The notes below the pieces were generated by a model that saw nothing but the letters and a program-made list of their open reading frames with translations, did not search any database and was not told where the DNA came from. A program made the translations under genes and the position numbers. From Flectonema sp. DT1601 (lineage: Eukaryota): a stretch of 64,000 bases of DNA. Positions 45,977-57,552 of this stretch are shown here, piece after piece. The stretch spans positions 496,001 to 560,000 of the forward strand of contig OZ025795.1 of the NCBI GenBank assembly GCA_964019425.1, read 5' to 3'. Each line of letters opens with the position of its first letter. The first letter of the stretch is position 1.

Positions 45977-48900
45977 ATGAGTCGCATCAGTAAGATTCTG
46001 CTCAGCAGTACGGCTGAGTTAAGTAAGTTTGGATTGACATCGATGCCTCAACCGATAAAAAAGGAAGTTGTTTTCGGAAAAGGAAGCTTTGATTTGAGAA
46101 AAGGAGGACTACACGGAATGCTCCAGGAGCGTGCTGAAGAAATGACAGGAAGTGAGACAGAGGCACTGCCACAACCGAAGGAAGTTCAAGAAATCACTTG
46201 GGTTTTTGACGGTGCAACAGATGAAGACTGGGATCAAGTATACGACAAAATAATTGAACGCGATCCATACTACGGCAGATACCTATGGGAATGGGAGATG
46301 CGAGGTATGTCTTTCTACTACTAGCAAACAACTGAACTGCCTTTAACAAATAAAATAAATTAAACAAAACACCCTCAGAACCTGACAAAGCAAAAGTATA
46401 TGCTGCACTATTCTGTTTAACACTTACTCTTAAAGATGTGTATCTCGTTAATCCTGTATGTTATTTGTACTTTTTTTATTAGTATTATAATTCTCGTGAT
46501 GATAAACATATTAACATGCGTGTCTTTAAACCGACTCAATAGAGGATGGCGAATGTTATTTGGTCTATTGTCTGAAACACTTTTTCTGTTGTTGTTCTGT
46601 TGGTTGTCAACACTCCTCTCTCTTCTCGTGATGATAAACATATTAACATGCGTGTCTTTAAACCGACTCAATAGAGGATGGCGAATGTTATTTGGTCTAT
46701 TGTCTGAAACACTTTTTCTGTTGTTGTTCTGTTGGTTGTCAACACTCCTCTCCCTTCTCGTGATGATAAACATATTAACATGCGTGTCTTTAAACCGACT
46801 CAATAGAGGATGGCGAATGTTATTTGGTCTATTGTCTGAAACACTTTTTCTGTTGTTGTTCTGTTGGTTGTCAACACTCCTCTCCCTTCTCGTGATGATA
46901 AACATATTAACATGCGTGTCTTTAAACCGACTCAATAGAGGATGGCGAATGTTATTTGGTCTATTGTCTGAAACACTTTTTCTGTTGTTGTTCTGTTGGT
47001 TGTCAACACTCCTCTCTCTTCTCGTGATGATAAACATATTAACATGCGTGTCTTTAAACCGACTCAATAGAGGATGGCGAATGTTATTTGGTCTATTGTC
47101 TGAAACACTTTTTCTGTTGTTGTTCTGTTGGTTGTCAACACTCCTCTCTCTTCTCATGATGATAAACATATTAACATGCGTGTCTTTAAACCGACTCAAT
47201 AGAGGATGGCGAATGTTATTTGGTCTATTGTCTGAAACACTTTTTCTGTTGTTGTTCTGTTGGTTGTCAACACTCCTCTCTCTTCTCGTGATGATAAACA
47301 TATTAACATGCGTGTCTTTAAACCGACTCAATAGAGGATGGCGAATGTTATTTGGTCTATTGTCTGAAACACTTTTTCTGTTGTTGTTCTGTTGGTTGTC
47401 AACACTCCTCTCCCTTCTCGTGATGATAAACATATTAACATGCGTGTCTTTAAACCGACTCAATAGAGGATGGCGAATGTTATTTGGTCTATTGTCTGAA
47501 ACACTTTTTCTGTTGTTGTTCTGTTGGTTGTCAACACTCCTCTCTCTTCTCGTGATGATAAACATATTAACATGCGTGTCTTTAAACCGACTCAATAGAG
47601 GATGGCGAATGTTATTTGGTCTATTGTCTGAAACACTTTTTCTGTTGTTGTTCTGTTGGTTGTCAACACTCCTCTCCCTTCTCGTGATGATAAACATATT
47701 AACATGCGTGTCTTTAAACCGACTCAATAGAGGATGGCGAATGTTATTTGGTCTATTGTCTGAAACACTTTTTCTGTTGTTGTTCTGTTGGTTGTCAACA
47801 CTCCTCTCCCTTCTCGTGATGATAAACATATTAACATGCGTGTCTTTAAACCGACTCAATAGAGGATGGCGAATGTTATTTGGTCTATTGTCTGAAACAC
47901 TTTTTCTGTTGTTGTTCTGTTGGTTGTCAACACTCCTCTCTCTTCTCGTGATGATAAACATATTAACATGCGTGTCTTTAAACCGACTCAATAGAGGATG
48001 GCGAATGTTATTTGGTCTATTGTCTGAAACACTTTTTCTGTTGTTGTTCTGTTGGTTGTCAACACTCCTCTCTCTTCTCATGATGATAAACATATTAACA
48101 TGCGTGTCTTTAAACCGACTCAATAGAGGATGGCGAATGTTATTTGGTCTATTGTCTGAAACACTTTTTCTGTTGTTGTTCTGTTGGTTGTCAACACTCC
48201 TCTCCCTTCTCGTGATGATAAACATATTAACATGCGTGTCTTTAAACCGACTCAATAGAGGATGGCGAATGTTATTTGGTCTATTGTCTGAAACACTTTT
48301 TCTGTTGTTGTTCTGTTGGTTGTCAACACCCCTCTCTCTTCTCGTGATGATAAACATATTAACATGCGTGTCTTTAAACCGACTCAATAGAGGATGGCGA
48401 ATGTTATTTGGTCTATTGTCTGAAACACTTTTTCTGTTGTTGTTCTGTTGGTTGTCAACACTCCTCTCTCTTCTCGTGATGATAAACATATTAACATGCG
48501 TGTCTTTAAACCGACTCAATAGAGGATGGCGAATGTTATTTGGTCTATTGTCTGAAACACTTTTTCTGTTGTTGTTCTGTTGGTTGTCAACACTCCTCTC
48601 TCTTCTCATGATGATAAACATATTAACATGCGTGTCTTTAAACCGACTCAATAGAGGATGGCGAATGTTATTTGGTCTATTGTCTGAAACACTTTTTCTG
48701 TTGTTGTTCTGTTGGTTGTCAACACTCCTCTCCCTTCTCGTGATGATAAACATATTAACATGCGTGTCTTTAAACCGACTCAATAGAGGATGGCGAATGT
48801 TATTTGGTCTATTGTCTGAAACACTTTTTCTGTTGTTGTTCTGTTGGTTGTCAACAGCTCATTTGCATCCGTATGAACTGTTCCCTTGTGAATTTAAAGG

Positions 48901-49820
48901 CGAATTTGCTGACTTTCTTAATTAATGTAAGCCTTGGTTACATTAATCTGGGGGAAAAAAAAAAGAAAAAAAAAAAAAATACAGACACGAGACTACAGAG
49001 GAGATGTTGCAGCAAACCTCGCAAGATCCGAAATAAAATTAAAATTAGCAAAAGCAGCTTGGTGGCAAGAGACAATTAGAAGGATGTTATTTAAAAATGA
49101 AGTAGAAAACGTACCTGTATTGAAGTGTGTAGCCGGAGCGGTAACTGACAATGGATTGAGCAAATTTCACGTGAGGAATATTGCGAACACATACTTGAAA
49201 TTATGTCAGCAAAATGTGTCACCAAACATGACTGAAATGATTAGAGATTTGGATTTAATATATTCAGGAATGTACTACACTGTCCTAGAGTTACTTGACT
49301 TAGAGGTAACATCTGACCATATTGACGCCTGCAGTCACATTGGTAAAGCATACGGTATTATGGAAGTAATCAGAGCATTTGAACACGCTAAAGATGTGAA
49401 AAGTGTAATGGTTTCACGTGACATTATAGAAGCGTGTGATTGTGATATCGGTGATTTCTTCACTGGAAAAAATACAATTGGAACCCGAAAAGTTGTAACA
49501 AAATTAATCGAAATGATGATTGGTGAAATGAGCCAAGGAATGGTGGCAGCCAGATGCATGTCTCGTCACCACAGAAAACTACTTTTCTACTATCCAATGG
49601 TATGTTAGCCTTACAACTGCAATAAAGAAAAACAACAACAACAACAATAACAAACAATAACAACCAGGGTGACTTAAGAGGATTCATAAAATACTGTAAG
49701 AAGTTAGATTACAAAGTCATACCACAGACAGAGGCACAAACAGACTATTTTAAAACCCTTTATGAATTCTACCGAAAAGGAGCATTACTTAAACGATGGT
49801 GGCTACTTCAGAGTATGTGA
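45977..49820 (+). CDS. NDUFAF6: Complex I assembly factor NDUFAF6-like (squalene/phytoene synthase fold); 4 exons: 45977-46304, 46379-46437, 48985-49599, 49668-49820
   Basis: Three GT-AG introns (46305-46378, 46438-48984, 49600-49667) give one open frame: ...YDKIIERDPYYGRYL..EPDKAKVYAALFCLTLTLKD|TRD...KAAWWQETI...PVL...ACSHIGKAYGIMEVIRA...YPM|GDLRGFIKYCKKLDYKV...stop. Motif order matches NDUFAF6. Confidence 0.72.
46491..48856 (+). repeat. Tandem array of 18 near-identical 132-bp units inside NDUFAF6 intron 2
   Basis: Period 132 (same text at 46501, 47161, 47821, 48481 = every 660 bp); only three variable positions seen. Confidence 0.97.
46496..46575 (+). ncRNA. Putative box C/D snoRNA (first of 18 copies, at 46496+132k)
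   Basis: Box C RTGATGA at 46496-46502, box D CTGA at 46572-46575, 80 nt overall, candidate internal D' (CCGA) and C' (AGGATG); intronic and sense to the host gene. Target not identified. Confidence 0.6.
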
Positions 49821-50048
49821 GACCACCACAATAACAATATAATAAAGTTAAATAATTGGTAGTGATGATGGCCGCAATTTGACAAGTCGAAGTCAACAGT
49901 AAACCGATCGATGAGATCTAAAAAGTTGCTATCAAAAATAACTACTTTTTTTGGTAACTTCATATCAATTTTTTTTTCTTAACTACGATGAAAAATTATT
50001 TATTATTATTATCATTTATTTCTCAAGGTGAGTTTGAGCGACAACCAA

Positions 50049-51107
50049 ATGTCTCCTATAGAGGTTGTGGTTGTAGTATTTGGAGCCTTGGGAATGGTTG
50101 GAAGCATCAGTGTCATGGTAAGCTCCCTGGCAATTTCAGAACTTAGGAACCAGCTTAGCAAGGGAAGAGCATTAGTTCTTTTACTATCCGCAGCTGACTT
50201 AGCTCAGGGTATATTCTTTACATTAACTGCTGTTGTTGATACTGAAGAAGGAACAACTTCGTGTTTCGTGATGGGATCTTTTGGTATTTTAGCTTCTGTG
50301 GCTTCATTTATTGCAACTGCGTGGGTGTCGTGGTGGGTACACTACACTCTGGTGAATAGAGACCAGACTGGAAATCTTCTCTTGCTTCCCGTTTTCACAA
50401 CCCTTGCGTATCCCCTCCTCACACTTGCATCTTTATTAATATACGCAAGTCACGAGTTTGGAGATGAATGGAGAAGAGTTTTTTCACCAACGCAACATTT
50501 CCCGTGGTGCTTTGTAACAGAGCATCCCAGCAGAGATATGCTTATTTGGAGAATAGCTATTGAGTATGGTCCACTTTTAGTATCGATGTTCGTCACTGCT
50601 TATTATTATCTCCGTGCTATTAGATATTTAAAACGGCAAGCTGTTTTACAATGTGCTGAAGACACACCTGAAGTGATCTACTTAAAAAGAAAATTACTTT
50701 TAATCGCAGCAGCCTATTTAATAATTCGATTCCCTGGTGTCATAGCGAGAGTCATAACAATGTTTGCATCCTCTGGAGAGGTGTGGCCGTGGCTTAGATT
50801 CTTTGTTGGAGTCGGAGATCCATCGCAAGGATTGGTAAACGGTTTGATATTCACTTTTGGTACCCAAATAGTGAGAGATCGATTGGTAAGTTGTTGCTAC
50901 AAAGTAAACGACGGATATGAACAGGTCCCTCCTGTTTCTCCACCAGCACTCATTCCTCCAGAACGTTCAAGCAAATCTCGGTTGTCAAAACAAAATTTAA
51001 ACATGTCTGGTCAATTACGTACACAAACTGTACGAGATTCACTCCTCGATAAAGATTTCGTTATTGAAGTCAAGGGAGACGAGGATGTGATTCAAAGTAC
51101 TGCGTAG
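50049..51107 (+). CDS. Seven-transmembrane receptor, cAMP-receptor-like / GCR1 / Git3-type GPCR
   Basis: About seven hydrophobic segments; LVLLLSAADL (TM2), Cys at start of TM3, PWCFV in loop 2, RKLLLI..YLIIRFPG (TM6), PSQGLVNGLIF (TM7). Confidence 0.8.
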   Translation: MSPIEVVVVVFGALGMVGSISVMVSSLAISELRNQLSKGRALVLLLSAADLAQGIFFTLTAVVDTEEGTTSCFVMGSFGILASVASFIATAWVSWWVHYTLVNRDQTGNLLLLPVFTTLAYPLLTLASLLIYASHEFGDEWRRVFSPTQHFPWCFVTEHPSRDMLIWRIAIEYGPLLVSMFVTAYYYLRAIRYLKRQAVLQCAEDTPEVIYLKRKLLLIAAAYLIIRFPGVIARVITMFASSGEVWPWLRFFVGVGDPSQGLVNGLIFTFGTQIVRDRLVSCCYKVNDGYEQVPPVSPPALIPPERSSKSRLSKQNLNMSGQLRTQTVRDSLLDKDFVIEVKGDEDVIQSTA

Positions 51108-52928
51108 TACCCTTCAGGTCTAAAGGATTATTCTCTATTCGTGGCTCAGAGCCACTGGACCAGAATGTTTTGTTTTAAGAAATAAAAAGCAAGGGAAAAG
51201 ACTCTTGTGAGATTTTCATGGGGAATATTTGTTCCTCGTGCAATATCGTTTTTTTATTTTTATTTTTTTTATTTGTGTTTTGACATCGACAAGTAACTAT
51301 TCACACAAAGAGCCATTCCTTATGATGTCGTTGTCGTCTATTTCCCAGTGTGTCCATATTACTATCTGAATAGGGGTTTTTTTTTTCTTATTTTTATGAA
51401 TAAAACAAAAAACCTAAAGTAATTTAAGTAGTTTGTGTTGTTTCTTTTTTCTTTAAAAAAAGAACAACAATCAACAACAGTCTTGTGTACCTCATTATTG
51501 AATTTGATTTGGTGCTATCCAATGAGGTGTTATCGAGATGGGGAAAAAAAACAGAACTCGCTTCATGTAGTCTGTGATTAGTTTTCCTTCAAAAAAAAAA
51601 AAAAAAAAAAAAGAGATATTGTTGTACGATTGACGAATGGCTTGTGATCCTTTTGGAAGTTTTTATGTGCGTGAAAATACAACTATAACGTAACCCCTTC
51701 TATGGAGGGGGATTCAAAGTGCGTGAAACTCTATATTTTTTCCCCTTTTTTTTTTTTTTGATCCTCTATTTGTACATGGTGGATTTTGAAAAAAAAAAAA
51801 AAAAAAAAAAAAGAAACAGTCCGTCCCCTTTCCCATATTTTGTACAAACAGGTGTATTGTCGTGTTATTATTAATCATATTTGTTCTTATTGGTCATTCA
51901 TTCAAAGTGGCGTTTCGCGAAGTGATGTGACGTTTGGTTTCTATTCTTAAATTCTTTGAGTTGTAGGTTTCCCTACTTTCTCAAGTAGGATACGCATGCT
52001 ACACCTCTATAATTTTATTTTTCCCTCCTAGTTTTTGTTTTTTCTCTTTTTTTTTTTTTTTCTTTTCTTTTCTTCAACCAATGATGATAAACAAATTATT
52101 TCTATTAAAAATTTAAAAAAAAATACGTCGGAAAAATACTTTTGAAGAGAATGTGAAATTACATTTATATTGGTGGGAAAAATTAAAATAAAATATAAAA
52201 AAGGGGGAATTCATCCTTATACTACCGGTACTCGCAACTCATATCTTCGTTGGCAGAAAATTAGCAAACAATTTATCGAGTTCGTGAGTAAGGGCGTTTT
52301 TAGTTTCTTTCCCTTTCCGTTTCTTCTTTTTGGCTCCACAAACAATTTAAAAAAAAAAAAAAAGATAACAGTTTTTTTTTTGTTTGTTTGACACTTTGTT
52401 TATTATTCTCTTATTTTCGAAAAAAAAAAAAAAAAAAAAAAAAATTCTTACCTGAAAGAATAATGGTTCACCAAGCGATTCCAGCACAGCGTTCGTCATT
52501 TTTTTCTTCTTTTTTTAGTTTCTTTTGCTACTTCGAGATTCGATAGGTGTTTCATATTCATAGCAAATATGGGCCATTGTCGTTGAAGCTGTCCTTATGT
52601 TAAAAAAAGGAACCTCTTTGGACGTCCTTTCGATCCTTTATTTCGTTATTTTCAGTTCTTCTTCTACTAGCGAATTTCTTTTAGTTTAATAAGGAATTAC
52701 GTTTGTTGTAGAAATTATTTTTTTTTTTCCCCCCTTTCTTTTTTTTTTTTTTTTTTTTTTTTTTGTTGTCATGTTTTTCTCACATGAACCCGCAGGTTTT
52801 TTTTTTCTTTTTATGAAAAGTTACAGCCTCTTATGTCTTTCGTCTTACGTTTTTTTTTTTTCCTTCTTTCTTATATTTAATTGTTGTAAATTTATTATTA
52901 CTTCTTGTTTATTAGTGTCCTGAAATAG

Positions 52929-53912
52929 ATGTCAGCGAGGACGTTGAAGCTATGCATAGCAGGTGGAATCACCTCTATAGGTACTGCCACGTATGTGTTA
53001 CATTTTTGTTTTATTAAAAGCTTGTCGTCAGTTGGTAGAGTCCAATTAAAAACAACAACAACAACATCCAACAGTTCATATTGGCAAGAACAGCAAAAAT
53101 TAAAGTATGATGCTCCAAGAGGAAGGCGTATGGTTCGCGAATTAGAGGCCAGACTTGCTGCTTTGAAAATTGAGAACAGAAAAAAGTTGCAAGACGTGAT
53201 GGAATTCTGTGAATGTGCAGATGAAATGAAAGAAATACAAGTCAACCTCTGGAAGGAGAGAATTCGTCGATGGTTAGCAACCGAAGAGTTTGAGGACAAA
53301 GAAAGAGTGATGCCGATAATATTTCACAACTGGAAAAGGTTAGAGAAACTATACACTGATCTGAGAGAACGAGCGACAAACCAATTTGATAACGGAAACT
53401 TTGGAGACCTTGTCGATGTTTGTCTTAAACTACACGATCTGAAGGGTTGCGGAACAACAGACGCAGCCACAGCTGAAGTTAAAGTTAGAATGATGCCCAG
53501 CACTGTTAGTATCTGCAGTCGAGTTACCAGAGATCCACTACTTGTATCACTACTTGAATCCAGTGAGGTAGACGTTATGTTGACTCAACATATTGATTCT
53601 TGTATATTCTCACTCGAGGAATCACTTAAGGAGTGTACTGCACCTCAAGAAATCGATGCTCTCAACTTCGTCTCCTCTCTCAATTATGAAAAAGCATCCG
53701 ATGCTGAAACAGCTTATGATAATGTTAAATCATTTCTTCCAGACCTAATTTGTGACAGTGATGAAAACATAAAATCTGAAGCTCTTAAGTTAGAAAAACT
53801 ACTTCGACAGTACGCAATAAACGTCCAGGCGACAAACGTATTCGAAGCATACCTGGCAACCATATTAATGGGAGCGATATCCGCATCTCCTACTACCAGA
53901 TGGAAGAAGTGA
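52929..53912 (+). CDS. Hypothetical coiled-coil protein, probably with an in-frame 84-nt intron (52991-53074); weak resemblance to mitofilin/Mic60-type proteins
   Basis: Open frame; GTATGT...AACAACATCCAACAG segment matches the local intron pattern; short N-terminal hydrophobic stretch then coiled coil. Confidence 0.65.
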   Translation: MSARTLKLCIAGGITSIGTATYVLHFCFIKSLSSVGRVQLKTTTTTSNSSYWQEQQKLKYDAPRGRRMVRELEARLAALKIENRKKLQDVMEFCECADEMKEIQVNLWKERIRRWLATEEFEDKERVMPIIFHNWKRLEKLYTDLRERATNQFDNGNFGDLVDVCLKLHDLKGCGTTDAATAEVKVRMMPSTVSICSRVTRDPLLVSLLESSEVDVMLTQHIDSCIFSLEESLKECTAPQEIDALNFVSSLNYEKASDAETAYDNVKSFLPDLICDSDENIKSEALKLEKLLRQYAINVQATNVFEAYLATILMGAISASPTTRWKK

Positions 53913-54366
53913 TCATAAAAATACTCGTTGTGATGTAATCTTAACAATTCGTACAGCAACTAGATTCGTTCTAATTATCTTATTTCTTTTTTTTTTTTTT
54001 TTTTTTTTTTTGGTAAGCGAGTTTAGTCTCGCGCACACAATTGCCACCGTGACTTGTGACAACAATTGTTTTATCCGACAAAGATGCTCATATCACTGAG
54101 CCATCGTGCTTTTGAAGAAAAAAAAAAAAAGGTGGGTTTTCAAACCCCATTATCTAATTCAACGATAGCAGTGTTAGGCATCGTTCGTTATTGTGTCGAT
54201 AGTTTAATTGGGGGTCGAGTTGTTGAAAACTATTCCCATACTTCATAAGCAACATGGATGAATGATCACGACAAGACGGAAGAAACCTTTTCCCCCCCCG
54301 TTCTTAGTTTCTTAGTTTACCATCACTCATAATTATTAATACAGGTAGGGAGTGGATTTATTTTTG

Positions 54367-57300
54367 ATGTCCCAGAGTTCAATTCCTTCGAGGAGAGATT
54401 CCCAAGAGTCAAGTACTGCTCTGCTGAGAAAGGATAGCCAAATATCTGTTGCTGCTTATGATGCGACGATTCCAATGAGAAGTATTGAGAAATCACAATC
54501 GAGTTCTGGTTTACGTTCTCAAACATCATCTCTACGAGACCCAAGTCATCAATACGATTCGATGCAATATATTGGAAGGTCTTCTAATTCATCTTTCAGT
54601 CGTGATCTGGGTCCAGTAGATACGATGGTTGGTTTAATAGGCAGGGGTCCCTCATCACAACTTTCTGGAAGAACAGCTGACATTCCCCGAACACCATCTC
54701 TGATTTCCAGCACCAAGTCAGCTGAACTATTTGATCGTTCTTCTGTTGATAGGGACATGTCATATGTTGGAAGGTCTCCTGTTATAAAAGGAATCATCAG
54801 ATCAACTACAGCGAGTTCTTTTTCAAGTAGAGTGACAAGTCCATCAGCATCACAGACACCTTTACAAAGTGTAAGTAGTACTCCACTTAGAACTTCAACT
54901 CCTTTATTAGAATCTTTAAGAAGTCTTCCTACTGTTGATCCTCTTCACACTTCTCAGCGTATCCTTTCATCAGATGTTTTAGTACCAAAGAGTCCCCCTC
55001 TGAGTGATCATTCACAATTACGAACTCTAACTAATGACCCTCCTGAAGTTTCTCAGAGTCTAAAAAGTTTTGAGGAACCTCTTCATTCTGCTCAACAGAT
55101 GCTTCCTCCTGGTACAACTTCAAGTAGTTTGGTCCCGAAAAGTCCTCCAGTGAGTGGACTTCTAGAGAGTCCAGTCACAGACCTTTATGGAAGCCCTTCT
55201 GACGTACCTGTACAAGAGATGCAAGTATTCAATACTGAAGAAGTTGTTGAGGAGGAAAGGGTGTCTCCGACTGAAGAAGAATTCGAGAACAGGTCCCATT
55301 CAGAAGTACCTCCACTGTTAGATGTTCTCACAAAGGGTGCTACAGATTCGATAGTTCTTCGATCTCAACCAACTTCTGTAGCGGAAAGTTATCAACAACA
55401 GGATTGGTTTTTATCATCGCAACCCGTTTCTGAGATTAATTCTGAGAAGAGATCAGTTCAAGAGGGTGAGGGTTGGAAGTTATCTTCTGAGCCTCCAACT
55501 TCTAACTTACCGACACCAACGCTATCTCACCATTCTGTACCACTTGAAAAAATGGAATCAAAAGTATCACAAGCAACAAATACGAGTGACATACGAAGAG
55601 CATCAATCTCAAGTAGGTCGTTAGGAACTTCAAAACCTTCACAATCTTCTGTTGTTCCTTTAACTAGAAAGGTATCGCATCCATCTGGTGATGGGTTACT
55701 ACTTGCCTCAACTGTTAGTTCCATTATTAGCAGTAGGCACGCTGACCCAGTTGAGCAATCAATTAGAGAAGCAATGGCAGAAGCAGGTTCAATAATAAGA
55801 GAAACAAACGTCAGATTTAACATATCTGACGATGTTAGTGTATTAGAGTCGACTCAGGTGAAAGACACCACGATAAGCACACCTTCGGGACATAGTTTGT
55901 TTACTAAATCACGTACTCAAGGTAGTGAGGCAAGTGGTAGATCTGAAATACTAACCACGTTAGACACTGATACTGAGACAACTGAAACAACAAATATCTC
56001 TGAATCGGAATCAATTTTCACAGAAGAAGCAGAAACTGAAGAAGAAAGAGTTCCAACGATCGATGGAGGTATAAATCCTGTTGTAGGCCGCCACGCATCA
56101 GAACCAGCAAAAAGAGAAGATTTAACGAATTACACTGCAGTCTTTGGTCAAGAAAGATTATCACTTTATCGACAAAATCCAATAAAAGCACTCGACATCA
56201 ACAGTGCGAATGTCATTCAAGACATTGCAGCTGAGTTCATGGATGAAATTGATAATTTAAAACTAACTCTAATATCAGTCACGAAGGAAAGAGATGATTT
56301 AAAAGAACAAAATGCACATCTATTAGACCTTTTAGGTAAACGATCCCTTCCAGACCCTGTCTCGTCTATAAGACCACAGATGCCAATACCACTTGAGTCT
56401 CAAAGACCAGGAGCAGTTGGTGGTGTTTTACTAAATTGGGTTGCTTTTCAAAAACAACTTCGTGCAGCTCAAGCTGAAGCCGCTGCTCTTCGTGCGGAAC
56501 TAACAACACAAGAAATTCTTGCTAGTAGAGCTGCCCTTGCTGAGAACGCTCTTCAGAGGGCTGAAATAGTAATAGCTGAAGCACAGCAGGCTTATGATGA
56601 CCTCGCTGACTGTAGAGAAGGTGACATAAAGAGCCTCTCAGCACACAATAGAGGACTTCTATCAGCAATAAATAGTAGAGTACCGAGAGAAGAGTTTCTA
56701 CACTTACAAAAACAACTGCAAGATCAGGAAACAGCTGCTGCAGAACAAGCAAAACTATCGGCTTCAGAGCAAGAAAGACTTCTCAAGGAAGCTCAGGATG
56801 CTCAATTCTCATTAGCATCACTCGAACGGGAGTTTAGTGAAAGAGAAGCGGCGTTGAGAAATCTACTGAGGGCTAGTGGAGATGAGCAACACCGTCTCCT
56901 ACAACAGCTGCTGATGAAAGAAAGAGAAATGTTACCAGGAATCAGAGACAGGTTAGAACAACAAAGAATAGCTATAACTAACTTACTAAATGATAAGAAA
57001 CTTCTTATTCAACAACTTGAGGAATCACAACAATCTGTAGAAGCATCTGAAACACTCGCTGAGTGTACGGAGACTGAACGAGCTGAGCTGTCAAAACAAT
57101 TAAAAGAAGCCCTTCTTCTTATTACGACTCTTGAGGATCAATTACAGCAAGCCTTAGCAGATGCTAAGGAAGTACCTTCTCTAAGACATCGTATTACTCT
57201 ATTAGAGAAAGAGATTGAACGACTCAAAGAAGAGATTCAAGAAAGAGATAGAAAATATCTTCGATTTCAAGATCTACTTGATGAGTTGGGTGTTAAACAT

Positions 57301-57552
57301 AAATTAGATCTTGAGAGAGCAGTGGAGAATGCGATTAGTAGAACACGCGCTGAGGCTGGTGAGATCGTTGGAAGACAATGCGCTGCTATTGAGAAATTGA
57401 AATTAAAAAACAACACCACCAATGCAAACAGAGATTCGAACTCACAAGTACTTGGCAACCCACCAGAGGGATCTCTAATACGATTATTAGCATCGTCACC
57501 AGGCAGGTGTATATCACCTGTACGAGAACCCATGGATAGAACACCTCTCTGA
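54367..57552 (+). CDS. Large protein: Ser/Thr/Pro-rich disordered N-half, coiled-coil C-half
   Basis: ~1060-aa stop-free ORF with clear compositional halves. Confidence 0.8.
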   Translation: MSQSSIPSRRDSQESSTALLRKDSQISVAAYDATIPMRSIEKSQSSSGLRSQTSSLRDPSHQYDSMQYIGRSSNSSFSRDLGPVDTMVGLIGRGPSSQLSGRTADIPRTPSLISSTKSAELFDRSSVDRDMSYVGRSPVIKGIIRSTTASSFSSRVTSPSASQTPLQSVSSTPLRTSTPLLESLRSLPTVDPLHTSQRILSSDVLVPKSPPLSDHSQLRTLTNDPPEVSQSLKSFEEPLHSAQQMLPPGTTSSSLVPKSPPVSGLLESPVTDLYGSPSDVPVQEMQVFNTEEVVEEERVSPTEEEFENRSHSEVPPLLDVLTKGATDSIVLRSQPTSVAESYQQQDWFLSSQPVSEINSEKRSVQEGEGWKLSSEPPTSNLPTPTLSHHSVPLEKMESKVSQATNTSDIRRASISSRSLGTSKPSQSSVVPLTRKVSHPSGDGLLLASTVSSIISSRHADPVEQSIREAMAEAGSIIRETNVRFNISDDVSVLESTQVKDTTISTPSGHSLFTKSRTQGSEASGRSEILTTLDTDTETTETTNISESESIFTEEAETEEERVPTIDGGINPVVGRHASEPAKREDLTNYTAVFGQERLSLYRQNPIKALDINSANVIQDIAAEFMDEIDNLKLTLISVTKERDDLKEQNAHLLDLLGKRSLPDPVSSIRPQMPIPLESQRPGAVGGVLLNWVAFQKQLRAAQAEAAALRAELTTQEILASRAALAENALQRAEIVIAEAQQAYDDLADCREGDIKSLSAHNRGLLSAINSRVPREEFLHLQKQLQDQETAAAEQAKLSASEQERLLKEAQDAQFSLASLEREFSEREAALRNLLRASGDEQHRLLQQLLMKEREMLPGIRDRLEQQRIAITNLLNDKKLLIQQLEESQQSVEASETLAECTETERAELSKQLKEALLLITTLEDQLQQALADAKEVPSLRHRITLLEKEIERLKEEIQERDRKYLRFQDLLDELGVKHKLDLERAVENAISRTRAEAGEIVGRQCAAIEKLKLKNNTTNANRDSNSQVLGNPPEGSLIRLLASSPGRCISPVREPMDRTPL

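Noticed and set aside
46491..48856. CRISPR array or hammerhead/retrozyme reading of the repeat
   Set aside because: No unique spacers or cas genes; the hammerhead core needs CTGATGA, but the unit has RTGATGA and no matching stems.
46417..48925. 829-aa (+) and 788-aa (-) ORFs of 44-aa repeats
   Set aside because: Expected from a 132-bp (3n) unit with stop-free frames; open on both strands; the region is bracketed by splice sites that complete NDUFAF6.
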